This document shows, piece by piece, positions 21,266 to 31,302 of a DNA stretch of 64,000 bases. Numbering within the stretch: the first letter of the stretch is position 1; the number at the start of each line of letters is the position of its first letter. A program made the translations under genes and the position numbers. This DNA is from a virus. The DNA is taken from positions 5,175 through 69,174 of the IMG/VR virus record IMGVR_UViG_3300031707_000010; one strand, written 5' to 3'. The notes beneath the pieces are model-generated. The model had not been told where the DNA came from and made no database searches. It worked only from the letters and a program-made list of their open reading frames with translations.

Positions 21266-22192
21266 TTATCCCTCTTTCTCTGCTCTTTTACCTTTATGAG
21301 AGACCTTCAACTTTACTCTTTCATATTCGGAGATGGTAGTATTAACAGCCTTAAAGCCTTCTATCAATTGATTTGGCTGTTTAAAATACTCTCCTGGATA
21401 TGGAAGAGCTGACATATTTTTACAGTCTGAAGCCCAGTCTAAAAGCTGTATAAGGTCTCTGTCAATTAAGCCTGTAACACAAACTTCTTTAGGCCAATTC
21501 AAATACCCTTGTAACCTTATTAGAGATAAATATGCTGGAACTGTAGGGTAAAGTTTCTTAGCAATTTCAAAAAATTCTGTCAAAAACTCTTCAGCAATAA
21601 ATGCTGTCTTTTTCGTATCAGGAAATACATCATACTCCATAGTAAAATCATCTTGCTCTCCAAGAACTGGCATCTCAATTACGTTCATTGGATTCAAAAC
21701 AAAACAGTAGCGCTCTTCATGCTTCTTTGCAACTTGGCAGTTTTCACAATCATAAGATAATCTATCTTGCAAACTCATATCTTCATTCTTAGTTAAAGCA
21801 AAGTAGGTCATTAACTCTATAGCTTGACGATGTGCAGCGGATAATACAGAAGATATGGTGCAATAGTCTAATACTTCTCTTATAAGATTTGGATCTGTTT
21901 GATTGAATACTTTAACTAATCCTTCTATACTTGTAACTTCTTCTGTTATCTTTTCTTCTTTATCAAATTGAAAGTTCTCCACTTTAACACAAACTGCTAA
22001 AAACTCTGCAAGTTTCTGATTGGTTGCGTACAAATGAAAGTTAGGGATATCCTTAAAATCCATCGTACGGATATCCTTTTGAATAAGCTCGACGGTCTTA
22101 GGCTTGAGCCAAAAGACCGTCGCATTATCTTCCTCCAACTGGCACTGTGGAATATATGGAATTGGGTCTAAGCCCAACCCTAATAGTCTCAC
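21266..22192 (-). CDS. Tail assembly chaperone, GT-like (G-paralog domain plus C-terminal extension)
   Basis: N-half aligns with 22189..22641 (DPIPYIP..T.FW..PK..FL..C.KVEN); C-half has CENC and LPYPGEYFKQP; lies just before tape measure. Confidence 0.65.
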   Translation of the reverse strand: MRLLGLGLDPIPYIPQCQLEEDNATVFWLKPKTVELIQKDIRTMDFKDIPNFHLYATNQKLAEFLAVCVKVENFQFDKEEKITEEVTSIEGLVKVFNQTDPNLIREVLDYCTISSVLSAAHRQAIELMTYFALTKNEDMSLQDRLSYDCENCQVAKKHEERYCFVLNPMNVIEMPVLGEQDDFTMEYDVFPDTKKTAFIAEEFLTEFFEIAKKLYPTVPAYLSLIRLQGYLNWPKEVCVTGLIDRDLIQLLDWASDCKNMSALPYPGEYFKQPNQLIEGFKAVNTTISEYERVKLKVSHKGKRAEKEG

Positions 22193-22641
22193 TTCTTTCG
22201 TCCTTTAATAAACTCTTTATGAAGCTTATATGCTTCCTCTCCCTGTCCTAACATCTCCCAATTTGCTGAAGCATTCTGAATCTCTTGAAAAATTGTAGGA
22301 TCTAAATCTACATACATCAACCTTAAAGTATTTTCATCTTCTATTAAAGAGATGATTCCTTTATTCTCTAAGTCTGAAAAATCTGGACCAAATGAATAGT
22401 TCTCTACCTTTTTGCAGAATGTTAAAAAGTCCTCAACATCTGCTTGAGCCATCTTTTCTGGATTGATAGTACGCTGACCCTTACCAGACATATTAGCTCC
22501 CTTAGAAAACCGTTCTAAGGACTGATATGTTCCCTTCATATTCTTAGGAACAATCCAAAAAATTGTTGGCTGGTCACTTGACCGTTCTGCTTCCGGGATA
22601 TAAGGAATAGGATCATGTGTTGATTTACCTTTGAGTGCCAT
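22189..22641 (-). CDS. Tail assembly chaperone, G-like
   Basis: 150 aa between tail tube and tape measure; strong RBS AAAGGAGG. Confidence 0.7.
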   Translation of the reverse strand: MALKGKSTHDPIPYIPEAERSSDQPTIFWIVPKNMKGTYQSLERFSKGANMSGKGQRTINPEKMAQADVEDFLTFCKKVENYSFGPDFSDLENKGIISLIEDENTLRLMYVDLDPTIFQEIQNASANWEMLGQGEEAYKLHKEFIKGRKK

Positions 22642-22654
22642 AAAAACGCCTCCT

Positions 22655-22685
22655 TTAAAGAAGGGGAGGTGATTAGCCTCCCCTG
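22655..22685 (-). terminator. Hairpin terminator/attenuator after the tail tube gene
   Basis: GGGGAGG-loop-CCTCCCC followed by TTCTTT on the minus strand. Confidence 0.55.
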
Positions 22686-22697
22686 GCTGTTAGTTGA

Positions 22698-23855
22698 TTA
22701 TGTTAAACCACGATTCAAATCTGTCTTGGTATGCCCACACTTAATCGTAACTGAAGGCGTACCGGCTGTTGGCTGAACACAAGTGAAGGCCATATTAGAA
22801 CCAAGTACATCGTCACCTTCCAACGTACCTGTGTTATACTTGATATACATATCTATCACAAGCGAGTTATCCGATGTAGCATCAGCATTACCCCAGAAAA
22901 TCTTAAGATGTTTTGTGATACCATCTCGGAAATTCTGAATGTGTGACCAATAGTATCTCGTTTCAAGTCCAGGACCTGGAACAACCCACGGGATAACAAA
23001 AGTACCTGAAGCTTTATACTTTCCAAGTACATAAGACTGAATAGTTTCTGAATTATAAAACTTTGCTAATAAACCATTCGTGAGAGTTAATTCAAATCCC
23101 TGTAAAGCAAAGCGCGTAAGCGTAGTGCTATCTGTTAAAGTCTTGAGTCCAGAATCCGGATCGCCTGCTGTAACATAAGCATCGTCAATTAAGATGATTG
23201 CATTCTGCCATTTCAAAAATGCTTTCTTTGAAATAGAATCAGCAACAGCCGGAATACCTGTACCGTTAAAAGCTTTTGACCAAGACGCACCCATCACTTC
23301 AGCAGATAATTTAAGCGTTTCACCTTCTGCAGCACTCAACTTAACACTAGAAGGAACACATCCACGCATAAGAGCACATTCAGTAACAACTCCACCGATT
23401 TGCTGCACCTTGCCCATAAAAGCGGCAAAATAAATCATATCTATCTTTGTATAAGGAACAAAAGTAGATGTTAAAGTAGCAACACCAGATTGCGTTGAAC
23501 CAGTCTGAGCAAGAAGCTGCATAAACAAACTAACCGTATAAGCGTTTGCTTCCATCTCGGGAGCAAATTTGGCAGGTTCTGCAATCAACGCCACAAAATC
23601 TTCTTCAGTATTATCTGCAAACCCTGTAGCTTTTTCAGATTCCTTAACAGCTGAACTTGAAACTAAATCCGGTTTGTTTGTCAATAACAGCTTGAACTTA
23701 CCACGAGCAGTTCCATCTCCAGCAACACCAATTTTAGATGGAGCAAATGTAATTGCTGAAGCATCTGTGGTCTGAAACAATGTTGGAAGACCAACATCGT
23801 TTGCGATTGTCTCGACCTGAACAGCATATTCTCTTACCCAGCCACCTGCACCCAT
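22698..23855 (-). CDS. Major tail tube protein
   Basis: 385 aa; GC.PSSVKLSAAEGETLKLSAEVMG, FELTLTNGL, ASGTF; position before chaperones. Confidence 0.8.
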   Translation of the reverse strand: MGAGGWVREYAVQVETIANDVGLPTLFQTTDASAITFAPSKIGVAGDGTARGKFKLLLTNKPDLVSSSAVKESEKATGFADNTEEDFVALIAEPAKFAPEMEANAYTVSLFMQLLAQTGSTQSGVATLTSTFVPYTKIDMIYFAAFMGKVQQIGGVVTECALMRGCVPSSVKLSAAEGETLKLSAEVMGASWSKAFNGTGIPAVADSISKKAFLKWQNAIILIDDAYVTAGDPDSGLKTLTDSTTLTRFALQGFELTLTNGLLAKFYNSETIQSYVLGKYKASGTFVIPWVVPGPGLETRYYWSHIQNFRDGITKHLKIFWGNADATSDNSLVIDMYIKYNTGTLEGDDVLGSNMAFTCVQPTAGTPSVTIKCGHTKTDLNRGLT

Positions 23856-23867
23856 AGTATTCTCCGT

Positions 23868-24116
23868 TTAAAATGTTTGTGTATCGTCTTTTAGTTTAAC
23901 GGGAGGTACAAAACTTTTTGGTTGAGGTTTTACTTCTGTAGTAGTTTTTATGACTTCCACATATCTCTTTACTTTAGAATATTGTCCTTCTGTTAATTCT
24001 ACCGCCTCTCCAGAAGATAACTTTTCCCATAAATAAGAGTGTGTTCTTAAAAATTCGATTGCATCTCTTGGAACCCAATGATTTGGGTGTTTTACTACAA
24101 GATATGTATTAGCCAT
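23868..24116 (-). CDS. Hypothetical protein
   Basis: 82-aa ORF overlapping upstream gene stop. Confidence 0.65.
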   Translation of the reverse strand: MANTYLVVKHPNHWVPRDAIEFLRTHSYLWEKLSSGEAVELTEGQYSKVKRYVEVIKTTTEVKPQPKSFVPPVKLKDDTQTF

Positions 24117-25053
24117 GTTTAAAGTCCATTAAGGATAGTTGAACAGTTGTATCACTTCTGAATACAGGAATCTCTGCCATTTCTCCTTGATACGCTCTTT
24201 CATGTAACTCAATTCCATAATCTACACTTGATAGCATGAAGTTTTTTGCTCTTCCATCTAAAGATGGATTTTTAAAAATCCAAGTCTTTAATGTCTCTAC
24301 ATTCTTTAAATGGTTAAGAAAAGCAACTTCTCGTGTAGCTAAACTTGAATATATTCTAAATATAATAGTTACATCTTCTAAATTTAAACTAGTTATTCTA
24401 CTTTTATCTTCATCTGGTTCTTGAATGAACACGCCAATAGCAGGAAAATTATCCATACTTACTGGCTTTGATTGATCTTTCCAAACTGTCTCATAATGAC
24501 TAAAGGACTTACATTGAATATAAAGAAAATCTAATAAGTCTACGATATCACACTCTGCCATCTCTGCTGGAATTGTAGGATTCTCTATTGTAGTATAGCT
24601 ACTAAGAGTTACAGGGAGCGAGCAATATTGCGTGTATTGACTTTCAACTGCGGTAGGTTCACTGAGAGTTTCTATACCAAGACTGAAATCGTAAACTTGG
24701 ATTTCATCAAATGAAGTTTTTAAATTCCATCTTAAGTGTTCTATTGAAAATAAATCTGTTACTGCTAACATCCTTTTCTTAAGATTTGCTTTAACCTCTT
24801 CAACTGAATATGCTTTATCTACTATATCAATTCTAAATAATCTATCTACTGCGAATAAGCCATTATTATACATCCTTGTTACAACTTCTGATACAGGAAG
24901 AACCATACACATTGGAAGTTCATCTCTTGTATCTACAAGGCCGGTCTTTACGGTACTAACGAGTCGTTGGGAAGTTTGAAGATTTACTTTAAGGTAATTC
25001 TTCAAAGATGCCAAGAGGTCTTCAGTTGTAACATTTTGTGCTAACTTCGGCAT
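24109..25053 (-). CDS. Tail terminator/completion-like protein, apparently two tandem domains
   Basis: Position before tail tube; ELPMCMVLPVSE and NFPAIGVFIQEP segments each resemble a gpU-like core. Confidence 0.55.
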   Translation of the reverse strand: MPKLAQNVTTEDLLASLKNYLKVNLQTSQRLVSTVKTGLVDTRDELPMCMVLPVSEVVTRMYNNGLFAVDRLFRIDIVDKAYSVEEVKANLKKRMLAVTDLFSIEHLRWNLKTSFDEIQVYDFSLGIETLSEPTAVESQYTQYCSLPVTLSSYTTIENPTIPAEMAECDIVDLLDFLYIQCKSFSHYETVWKDQSKPVSMDNFPAIGVFIQEPDEDKSRITSLNLEDVTIIFRIYSSLATREVAFLNHLKNVETLKTWIFKNPSLDGRAKNFMLSSVDYGIELHERAYQGEMAEIPVFRSDTTVQLSLMDFKHG

Positions 25054-25118
25054 TACAGAACTCCACTGGTTCTGCTTGTAGTATCAAGAGGGATAGTTCC
25101 AACGACTATCCTAATTAG

Positions 25119-25146
25119 AAGGTAACAAAAGATTTTTAAATGTCAA
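25119..25146 (-). promoter_or_regulatory. Putative sigma70-like promoter for tail genes
   Basis: TTGACA-16 nt-TACCTT with TG extension. Confidence 0.4.
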
Positions 25147-25163
25147 GAGACAAAAGAATTTAA

Positions 25164-25838
25164 CTAACCTCTACGCATTATATAAACTCTTCGTCCACCA
25201 GGGGACAACAACTTCTGAGTGGTAGGATTAAGAAGAATTGTTTTATTTCTTCTACTGTTAGTTACTATATAATCTGCCATACCTTTTGTAATAGCATTAT
25301 AAGCCAATACAGCCACATGGTCAAATGGTCTTGCTGGTACTTTAATAGCTTTCTTTAAATCTTTATAATAGCTAATATGAATTGTTCCCCCATCTCCTAT
25401 TTTTTTATTAGAATAAGTTCTATCATGTTCAACATGAATCCGTTTTACTGTTCCACCTTTCATAACATCCATAGCATGTGGAGCAGTAGTCCCATAAGTA
25501 AGAGTTGAATCTGTAACTCTAAAAATAGTTCCTAACGTACCAAACAACCATCCAGCTCTAACATTTATCTTGCCAAATGGAGTAGGGTATCTACCTAATT
25601 CAGCGGGCTGTACGTTTGCTTTTGGTGCAATCTTACTTCCTGCTTTTATCTTAGCATATATAGGAGATAAAGGTTGCCACTTAGGACGACGCCCACTTAC
25701 TTGAAAATTGTAAGCAACTTCTGAATGTATAATTGGACCCGCTATATGTCTAATCATATAGCGACAATGAGCTGGTGAGGCTTTACTCGCCAGCTCTTTA
25801 AAGTATTCTTTTATATCTCCAGTTAGCGTAACTTTCAT
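25164..25838 (-). CDS. Virion morphogenesis protein (Mu gpG/P2 gpS-like)
   Basis: NF...GR.PKWQPLS, YGT...A, GG, VPARPF. Confidence 0.8.
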   Translation of the reverse strand: MKVTLTGDIKEYFKELASKASPAHCRYMIRHIAGPIIHSEVAYNFQVSGRRPKWQPLSPIYAKIKAGSKIAPKANVQPAELGRYPTPFGKINVRAGWLFGTLGTIFRVTDSTLTYGTTAPHAMDVMKGGTVKRIHVEHDRTYSNKKIGDGGTIHISYYKDLKKAIKVPARPFDHVAVLAYNAITKGMADYIVTNSRRNKTILLNPTTQKLLSPGGRRVYIMRRG

Positions 25839-26609
25839 TTATTCCTCAATCACATCTCGCTCAACCCCAGTAGGTGGCGGTTGTTCATAGCCATACTCAT
25901 CTATATTATAACCATGCCAAGACTCTCTTGAATCAGGAGGTCCACCTTCATCAGAATCTGCACATTCTAACTTAATATCTCCTGTAATATAAATGCGTTG
26001 GAGTAATGTATCAGCTTTACCCCCATACGTCTGTCTTACGGGTTGCATTGTATTTGCTTGTTCAGAAACATATCTAGCAGATAACAAGGCTTGAGCAGTT
26101 TTATACGCAGTAATTAATCTTAAAACCTCTTCATAACATTCTATAGCAAACGTAAATTTATCCCCACTTGAAAAACTTCCTGACCAATCGGTTGTCTTAA
26201 TAACCAAGAATCCATCTGCAGATGTAGTATCTGAATCTATTTTACCAGAAGTTACAGTTCCCGATTTCAAACAAGACAATTGATAATTTGTTCCATCGGT
26301 AAATAGAATTGTATATGTATCAGGAGTAATTGTAGCTAATAAACTTGTGCTATCTGTTATTGTAGGCTTTCTTAACATACAATCATTATCGGCATTACCT
26401 CTCCTAGCAATAGGATTAGTAATATAAGGACTGATGTCTAAATCTAAACCAAAATAAGGCTGTAAAGTTCTAGCTACTTCAGCCGAAAATATCTGAATGT
26501 TCTCTAACATTAACCCCAACGGTTCACTGTACTTATCATTTTCTCTAGAATATAACTCAGGGACATTAATCTCAATATCATAAATAGTACACATCGGTGT
26601 CTGTGGCAT
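25839..26609 (-). CDS. Head-tail adaptor-like protein
   Basis: Begins PMCTIYDI, LRLITAYKTA..LL, A..LLQRI..G.I.L (Mu gp36-like pattern); position. Confidence 0.55.
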   Translation of the reverse strand: MPQTPMCTIYDIEINVPELYSRENDKYSEPLGLMLENIQIFSAEVARTLQPYFGLDLDISPYITNPIARRGNADNDCMLRKPTITDSTSLLATITPDTYTILFTDGTNYQLSCLKSGTVTSGKIDSDTTSADGFLVIKTTDWSGSFSSGDKFTFAIECYEEVLRLITAYKTAQALLSARYVSEQANTMQPVRQTYGGKADTLLQRIYITGDIKLECADSDEGGPPDSRESWHGYNIDEYGYEQPPPTGVERDVIEE

Positions 26610-26612
26610 GGT

Positions 26613-26897
26613 TTAATCCTTCTTTATATGGACATTAAATGAAATAGTTCCTACATCTCCACCGAGTGTTGTTGCATGGACTTTAATAAGATAAACATTC
26701 CCAACAGTTCCACCAGTCGTATCTACTCTAACTTGAACAGTCTGTCCACTAATAATACGTAGAGACTGATACTCCGCTATAGGAGCTGGAGCTTCAAAGC
26801 TCACACTATTTATAGGATCTCCCTCAACAAAACTAGGAGAAAAATTACAATCTATAGGTAGCTTATCAGATTTTGTCTGTCGATGTTCTGGTAGCAT
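26613..26897 (-). CDS. Small virion/fibre adaptor-like beta protein
   Basis: 94 aa; VQVRV..GGTVGNVYLIKVHATT..G pattern seen in phage structural modules. Confidence 0.5.
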   Translation of the reverse strand: MLPEHRQTKSDKLPIDCNFSPSFVEGDPINSVSFEAPAPIAEYQSLRIISGQTVQVRVDTTGGTVGNVYLIKVHATTLGGDVGTISFNVHIKKD

Positions 26898-26906
26898 TTT
26901 GACTCC

Positions 26907-29456
26907 TTAATAAGGCACTTTAGTTCTAGATTTAAGCCGTAAAGTTGACCTAGATTCTATATCATTTACTTTACGTTTACTGCTATATAGTCTTGTTCTT
27001 TCTTGACCGTGTATTGCTAACTGTTTACTTCCAAAAATTATAACATCTGATGGATCATAACTTGACTGTGTTCTACAGATGTCGAGCCACTCACTCATTA
27101 TAACAAGATCATCTGTGGATACCGGAACAATGAACGATGGCATAAACATCTGTATTGCTTCATTCACCAACTGAAGATCAGTGGTTTCAGCTAGCAATCC
27201 AGATATCGCTGCTTCAACTAAATCTTCTATAACCGATGAATCTTCTGTATAAGACTTAACTTTAGATATTAAAGTTTGAACAAATTCTTGAGAAGCTACA
27301 GTATCGAAAGTATCTATCTTAAGGCTTGAGATTCTAGTGCTAACTGTATCATCGACAGTATTTGTATCAAATACACTTGCTAATAACTTAGAGATTACAA
27401 TCTGAAGAGTCTCAGAAACAATTTCATTTTCTGAGGTTGTTGCTTTTATTCCAGTTATGAGTCCAGATAAAGTTTCTGCTACATTGACGGTGTCAGAAAC
27501 TAAAACTGGTAAGTCTGATATATCACCAAGTAAAGTCTCTGTTACAGTCTGTGTATCAGCAACTTGTGCATTTTGTACAGCTCCAGATGCAACAGCTTCA
27601 ATGATATTTTCAGTATCAGAAGTAGAAGCTAATAATTTAGATATTATAGCTTGAACAGTTTCTTGTATTGTAATAGAATCTTCTATTAAACCTAATGAGG
27701 ATGCGAAACTTGAAATTGTTTCTAATATTGTAATTGTTTCTGAAGTAGAAACTTTTAATCCAGAAATTAATCCAGTTAAAGTTTCTGTAATAGACTCTGT
27801 ATCTTCAGTATTTACTCTAGTTTCAGATACTCTAGTTTGAATAGTTTCTGTAACTACTTCAACCTCTTCAATAGAAATCTTAATTTGAGATACTAAACCA
27901 TTTACCGTTTCTGTAATAGTCTCAGTATCAAATATAGAAACTATTAAATTAGAAACTTTACTTATTAAGGTTTCAGATATGCTTTCATCATCATAAATAG
28001 AAGCTAATAATCCAGAAATCTTACTATTTAAAGTCTCTGTAATTGATTCTGTATCAAAGATACTTATAACAACTGCTGATACTAATTCTAAAAGTGTTTC
28101 TGTAGCAGTTTCAGTTTCAAATATAGAAACTTTTAATGCTGAAATTATTGGAGTTAAAGTCTCTGTTATATTTTCAGTATCAGAGGTTGAACCAATGACT
28201 TTAGATATTAATATAGAAACTATCTCAGAAACATTTATAGTATCTTCAATTACAACTTCATTAGGTGGTAAATAACTAAGTAATTTATTTACTTCTTCTT
28301 GAACTGCAATAGAATCAAATATAAATATATCTAAAGCATTAATATCTATTTCTAACATCGCCCAAGATACTTGCATCCAAAGGGCGGTTGGAATATTAGC
28401 AGTAAGTGTTTCTGTTACTGTTATAGAATCAAATATAGAAGTAGCACAATCTCCAACATCTCCAACAAGTGTTTCAGAAATTAAATTTGTATCTGATGTC
28501 GAGGCTAATATGCCACTTATTTTTCCAGTTAAAGTTTCTGTAATTGTGTTTGTATCTTCACTACTAACTTTTATTCCACTAACTAAGCTCGTAAGCGTTT
28601 CTGTAATAGAATTTGTATCTGATGTTGAAGATAATATAACACTAACTTTACCTATTATTGTTTCGGTTACAATTGTTTCATCACTTGCTAAACAAAGTAA
28701 AGCAGTTATTTTTACTGCTAAAGCTTCCTGTACTGTAGAACCATCTTCAATACTGATTCTTAAATTTATTCTAGCATCTAAAGTTTCTGTGATACTTTCT
28801 ATATCATCTATAGAAGGTTCAATTGCAGCAGCACCTGCTACAACTCTATCTAGTTGCTCAGTAATAGATGCAATATCTTCTATATTAACTTTAATTAATG
28901 ATATCTTAGCATCTAATGTTTCTGTAATACTGTTAGAATCTTCAATAGAAACTTTTAATGCTGATACTAATCCTATTAAGGTTTCTATAGCTGTACTAGA
29001 ATCTTCAATAGAGACTTTTAAAGCTGATATTAATCCTGTTAAAGTCTCAGTTATCGTAGTTGTATCTTCAACAGAGGCGTGGTGATCTCCTACAACTAAG
29101 TTTGTAAGAGTTTCTGTAATATTCTCGGTATCTGATATAGAAGGTTTGTGAGCACCAACAACTTGAGATGTTAAAGTCTCTGTAGCCGTATTAGAATCTT
29201 CTATAGCTATTTTAACTGCGGATATTCTACTATCTACAGTTTCTGTAGCTGTATTAGAATCTTCAATTGAAACTTTTAAAGCTGAAATCTTAGAAGTTAA
29301 AGTTTCTGTAATAGTACAAGTATCTGATATAGAAACTAAATTATTTCCATTAACAGAACAAGTAAGAGCTTCTGTTACTGTACTCGATTCAAAGAGATTC
29401 GGTCCAGTATTTAAACTAGCAATAGGAGCTGACGCTATGGGATAAAACCCATTCAT
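26907..29456 (-). CDS. Thr/Ser-rich 21-aa repeat fibre-like protein (849 aa)
   Basis: Roughly 35 repeats of consensus S-I-[FE]-D-T-x-x-[IV]-T-E-T-L-x-x-x-[IV]-S-x-L-x-x; N-terminus MNGFYPIASAPIAS. Confidence 0.75.
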   Translation of the reverse strand: MNGFYPIASAPIASLNTGPNLFESSTVTEALTCSVNGNNLVSISDTCTITETLTSKISALKVSIEDSNTATETVDSRISAVKIAIEDSNTATETLTSQVVGAHKPSISDTENITETLTNLVVGDHHASVEDTTTITETLTGLISALKVSIEDSSTAIETLIGLVSALKVSIEDSNSITETLDAKISLIKVNIEDIASITEQLDRVVAGAAAIEPSIDDIESITETLDARINLRISIEDGSTVQEALAVKITALLCLASDETIVTETIIGKVSVILSSTSDTNSITETLTSLVSGIKVSSEDTNTITETLTGKISGILASTSDTNLISETLVGDVGDCATSIFDSITVTETLTANIPTALWMQVSWAMLEIDINALDIFIFDSIAVQEEVNKLLSYLPPNEVVIEDTINVSEIVSILISKVIGSTSDTENITETLTPIISALKVSIFETETATETLLELVSAVVISIFDTESITETLNSKISGLLASIYDDESISETLISKVSNLIVSIFDTETITETVNGLVSQIKISIEEVEVVTETIQTRVSETRVNTEDTESITETLTGLISGLKVSTSETITILETISSFASSLGLIEDSITIQETVQAIISKLLASTSDTENIIEAVASGAVQNAQVADTQTVTETLLGDISDLPVLVSDTVNVAETLSGLITGIKATTSENEIVSETLQIVISKLLASVFDTNTVDDTVSTRISSLKIDTFDTVASQEFVQTLISKVKSYTEDSSVIEDLVEAAISGLLAETTDLQLVNEAIQMFMPSFIVPVSTDDLVIMSEWLDICRTQSSYDPSDVIIFGSKQLAIHGQERTRLYSSKRKVNDIESRSTLRLKSRTKVPY

Positions 29457-30178
29457 GCAAGTCTCTTCATTTCTTCATGCACTTGTTGTGCGCGTTCCAA
29501 GAAATGTCTGAAAGCAGATGGAAGCAACGCCATCGTCTTGTAGTGAGTCACTTCCGCAAGAGGATCGACAAGCAATTTGTATCCTGCCATTCGCGCTTTG
29601 CGACAAAATGAAATGTCTTCGTTCATCACCTGCGGTTTTGTTTTGCCCGTTGGGATGATGTAGTCCAGCGTGAACCACGGAAACTCGATTCGTTCAAACA
29701 CGCTGATGTGTGTCAGCATGCACCCGCTGCCTGCGGCATCCACATAGAACGGGCGTGAATCTGAGGGCGGCGTGACATTCATATACTCGCCGTTTTCCAC
29801 TTCACGAAACAACATGTCCACATGGTAGTACGCACCTTCAGCCTGTTGCGGAGCTTGAGCGATATTGGAGTATACACCAAATACAATCGGTGCATTGTTT
29901 CTGTCCGCATGAACCATCAACTGCCGAAGTAAATTTGGCTGGAATGATTCATCTGTGTCCACCATCAATAGCCAATCGGCCTTGTCTCTCTGTGCAAGCT
30001 CAACGATCACGTTGCGATTTTCTTCCACATACAAACTCGCGCTGTACTCTATCGGCAACAGGTCGTATGTCGGAGATGGTTCCGTAAGCTCGAATCTTTG
30101 CAGATCGAGCAGGGCTTTGGCAAATGCGGGATGACATGACCCGCCCACCGGAAATGCAACAAGTATTTTGGCTTTCAT
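29453..30178 (-). CDS. Glycosyltransferase family 2-like protein
   Basis: RN, DWLLMVDTD, DAAGSGCML, PWF, NEDISFC, H; ATG 30178 (ATGA overlap) preferred over 30253. Confidence 0.85.
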   Translation of the reverse strand: MKAKILVAFPVGGSCHPAFAKALLDLQRFELTEPSPTYDLLPIEYSASLYVEENRNVIVELAQRDKADWLLMVDTDESFQPNLLRQLMVHADRNNAPIVFGVYSNIAQAPQQAEGAYYHVDMLFREVENGEYMNVTPPSDSRPFYVDAAGSGCMLTHISVFERIEFPWFTLDYIIPTGKTKPQVMNEDISFCRKARMAGYKLLVDPLAEVTHYKTMALLPSAFRHFLERAQQVHEEMKRLA

Positions 30179-31293
30179 ATATCCATTTCCATGTATAGTT
30201 TTCCAAGAAAAATTGCAACAGCAGATCCTGCTCCACCAGCTTGATTTTGACATTCCGCATGAGGATAGAGAATAGTTGTGCCTGTCGGCAAATTCGTTGA
30301 CTTCTCTACGTTGTCCACGATTGTTGCCGGTGTTGCAACATCCACCATGCGATACGTAATCTTTGAATCTCCCGGCTTACAGAACATCATAAAATCAAAC
30401 ACTTCAGCAGCACCCCCAGCAGCCGTTGTTCTCCCTGTATCCGTATAGTTTGGTGTAACAGTATCCTTGTTTCCATATTGCCACACGGTCTTTCCTGTAT
30501 CCTTGCAAAATCCGCAAGAATCGTTTACTGCCGATGCGTCACCATTCATAGCGCCACTGGCACCATTCAAACCGATGAATATGCGCATGGTGCTTGTGTA
30601 CGTCAAAATTCCTGCGCGTGCTGCAAAAAAGAATCCCGCATTTCGTGTTGTGGCTGCGGCGGTTGTTCTCGCACCGGACTGATTGGCTGCTGTTGTTGTC
30701 GTAGTGTATGTTGCTCTGCGCATCTTTGTCATCACATTCGTATCAGCAATCGCAGGGTGTGCTTGTGTAGCCGATACCGTCCACGAACATCCAAATGAAA
30801 TAGCAGCAGTTGTACCTGCTCCCGGCAACCACAGCAATACAGAATTTCCCCACAAAGACGGTTGCGTTGCGCTATCCAATCCTGAAGGCCCAATCCAACG
30901 CGGAATTATTCTTCCCGCCAAGGACTTGGAATACATATACACGGCAGCCCCCGCAGGAGCCGCAGGGTCAGCCGTTACATGCGGCAACACCATGCGTTCT
31001 GATGTAGCCGTGATGAACACATCCTTCGTTCCTGCGGAAAGTGTTACCACATTATTGCTGTTGCTCGATGCAAGAATTGTTGTCCGCGCAAGAGCAGGCG
31101 TAGCAGAAACAAACGTGCCTATCCCCACTTCCCATTCCGCACCGCCCTGAATGCAATAGAGGCACGTATCATTGTTCGCCATGACGGAAGCAAACGTGCG
31201 AAACCCCGTTGCGGCACCTGCAAGGGTCACATTCCCTGAGCCTTCAGTTGTCGTTGTCTCTTTTATGCGGTCTTCATTTATGAGTGATGCCAT
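30175..31293 (-). CDS. Virion structural/fibre-associated protein
   Basis: N-terminal DRIKETTTTEGSG..TLAGA..GF..F...WEVGIGT...LARTTILASSN...KDVFIT domain typical of phage structural genes; C-terminal beta-sandwich. Confidence 0.7.
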   Translation of the reverse strand: MASLINEDRIKETTTTEGSGNVTLAGAATGFRTFASVMANNDTCLYCIQGGAEWEVGIGTFVSATPALARTTILASSNSNNVVTLSAGTKDVFITATSERMVLPHVTADPAAPAGAAVYMYSKSLAGRIIPRWIGPSGLDSATQPSLWGNSVLLWLPGAGTTAAISFGCSWTVSATQAHPAIADTNVMTKMRRATYTTTTTAANQSGARTTAAATTRNAGFFFAARAGILTYTSTMRIFIGLNGASGAMNGDASAVNDSCGFCKDTGKTVWQYGNKDTVTPNYTDTGRTTAAGGAAEVFDFMMFCKPGDSKITYRMVDVATPATIVDNVEKSTNLPTGTTILYPHAECQNQAGGAGSAVAIFLGKLYMEMDI

Positions 31294-31302
31294 ACGATCC
31301 TC

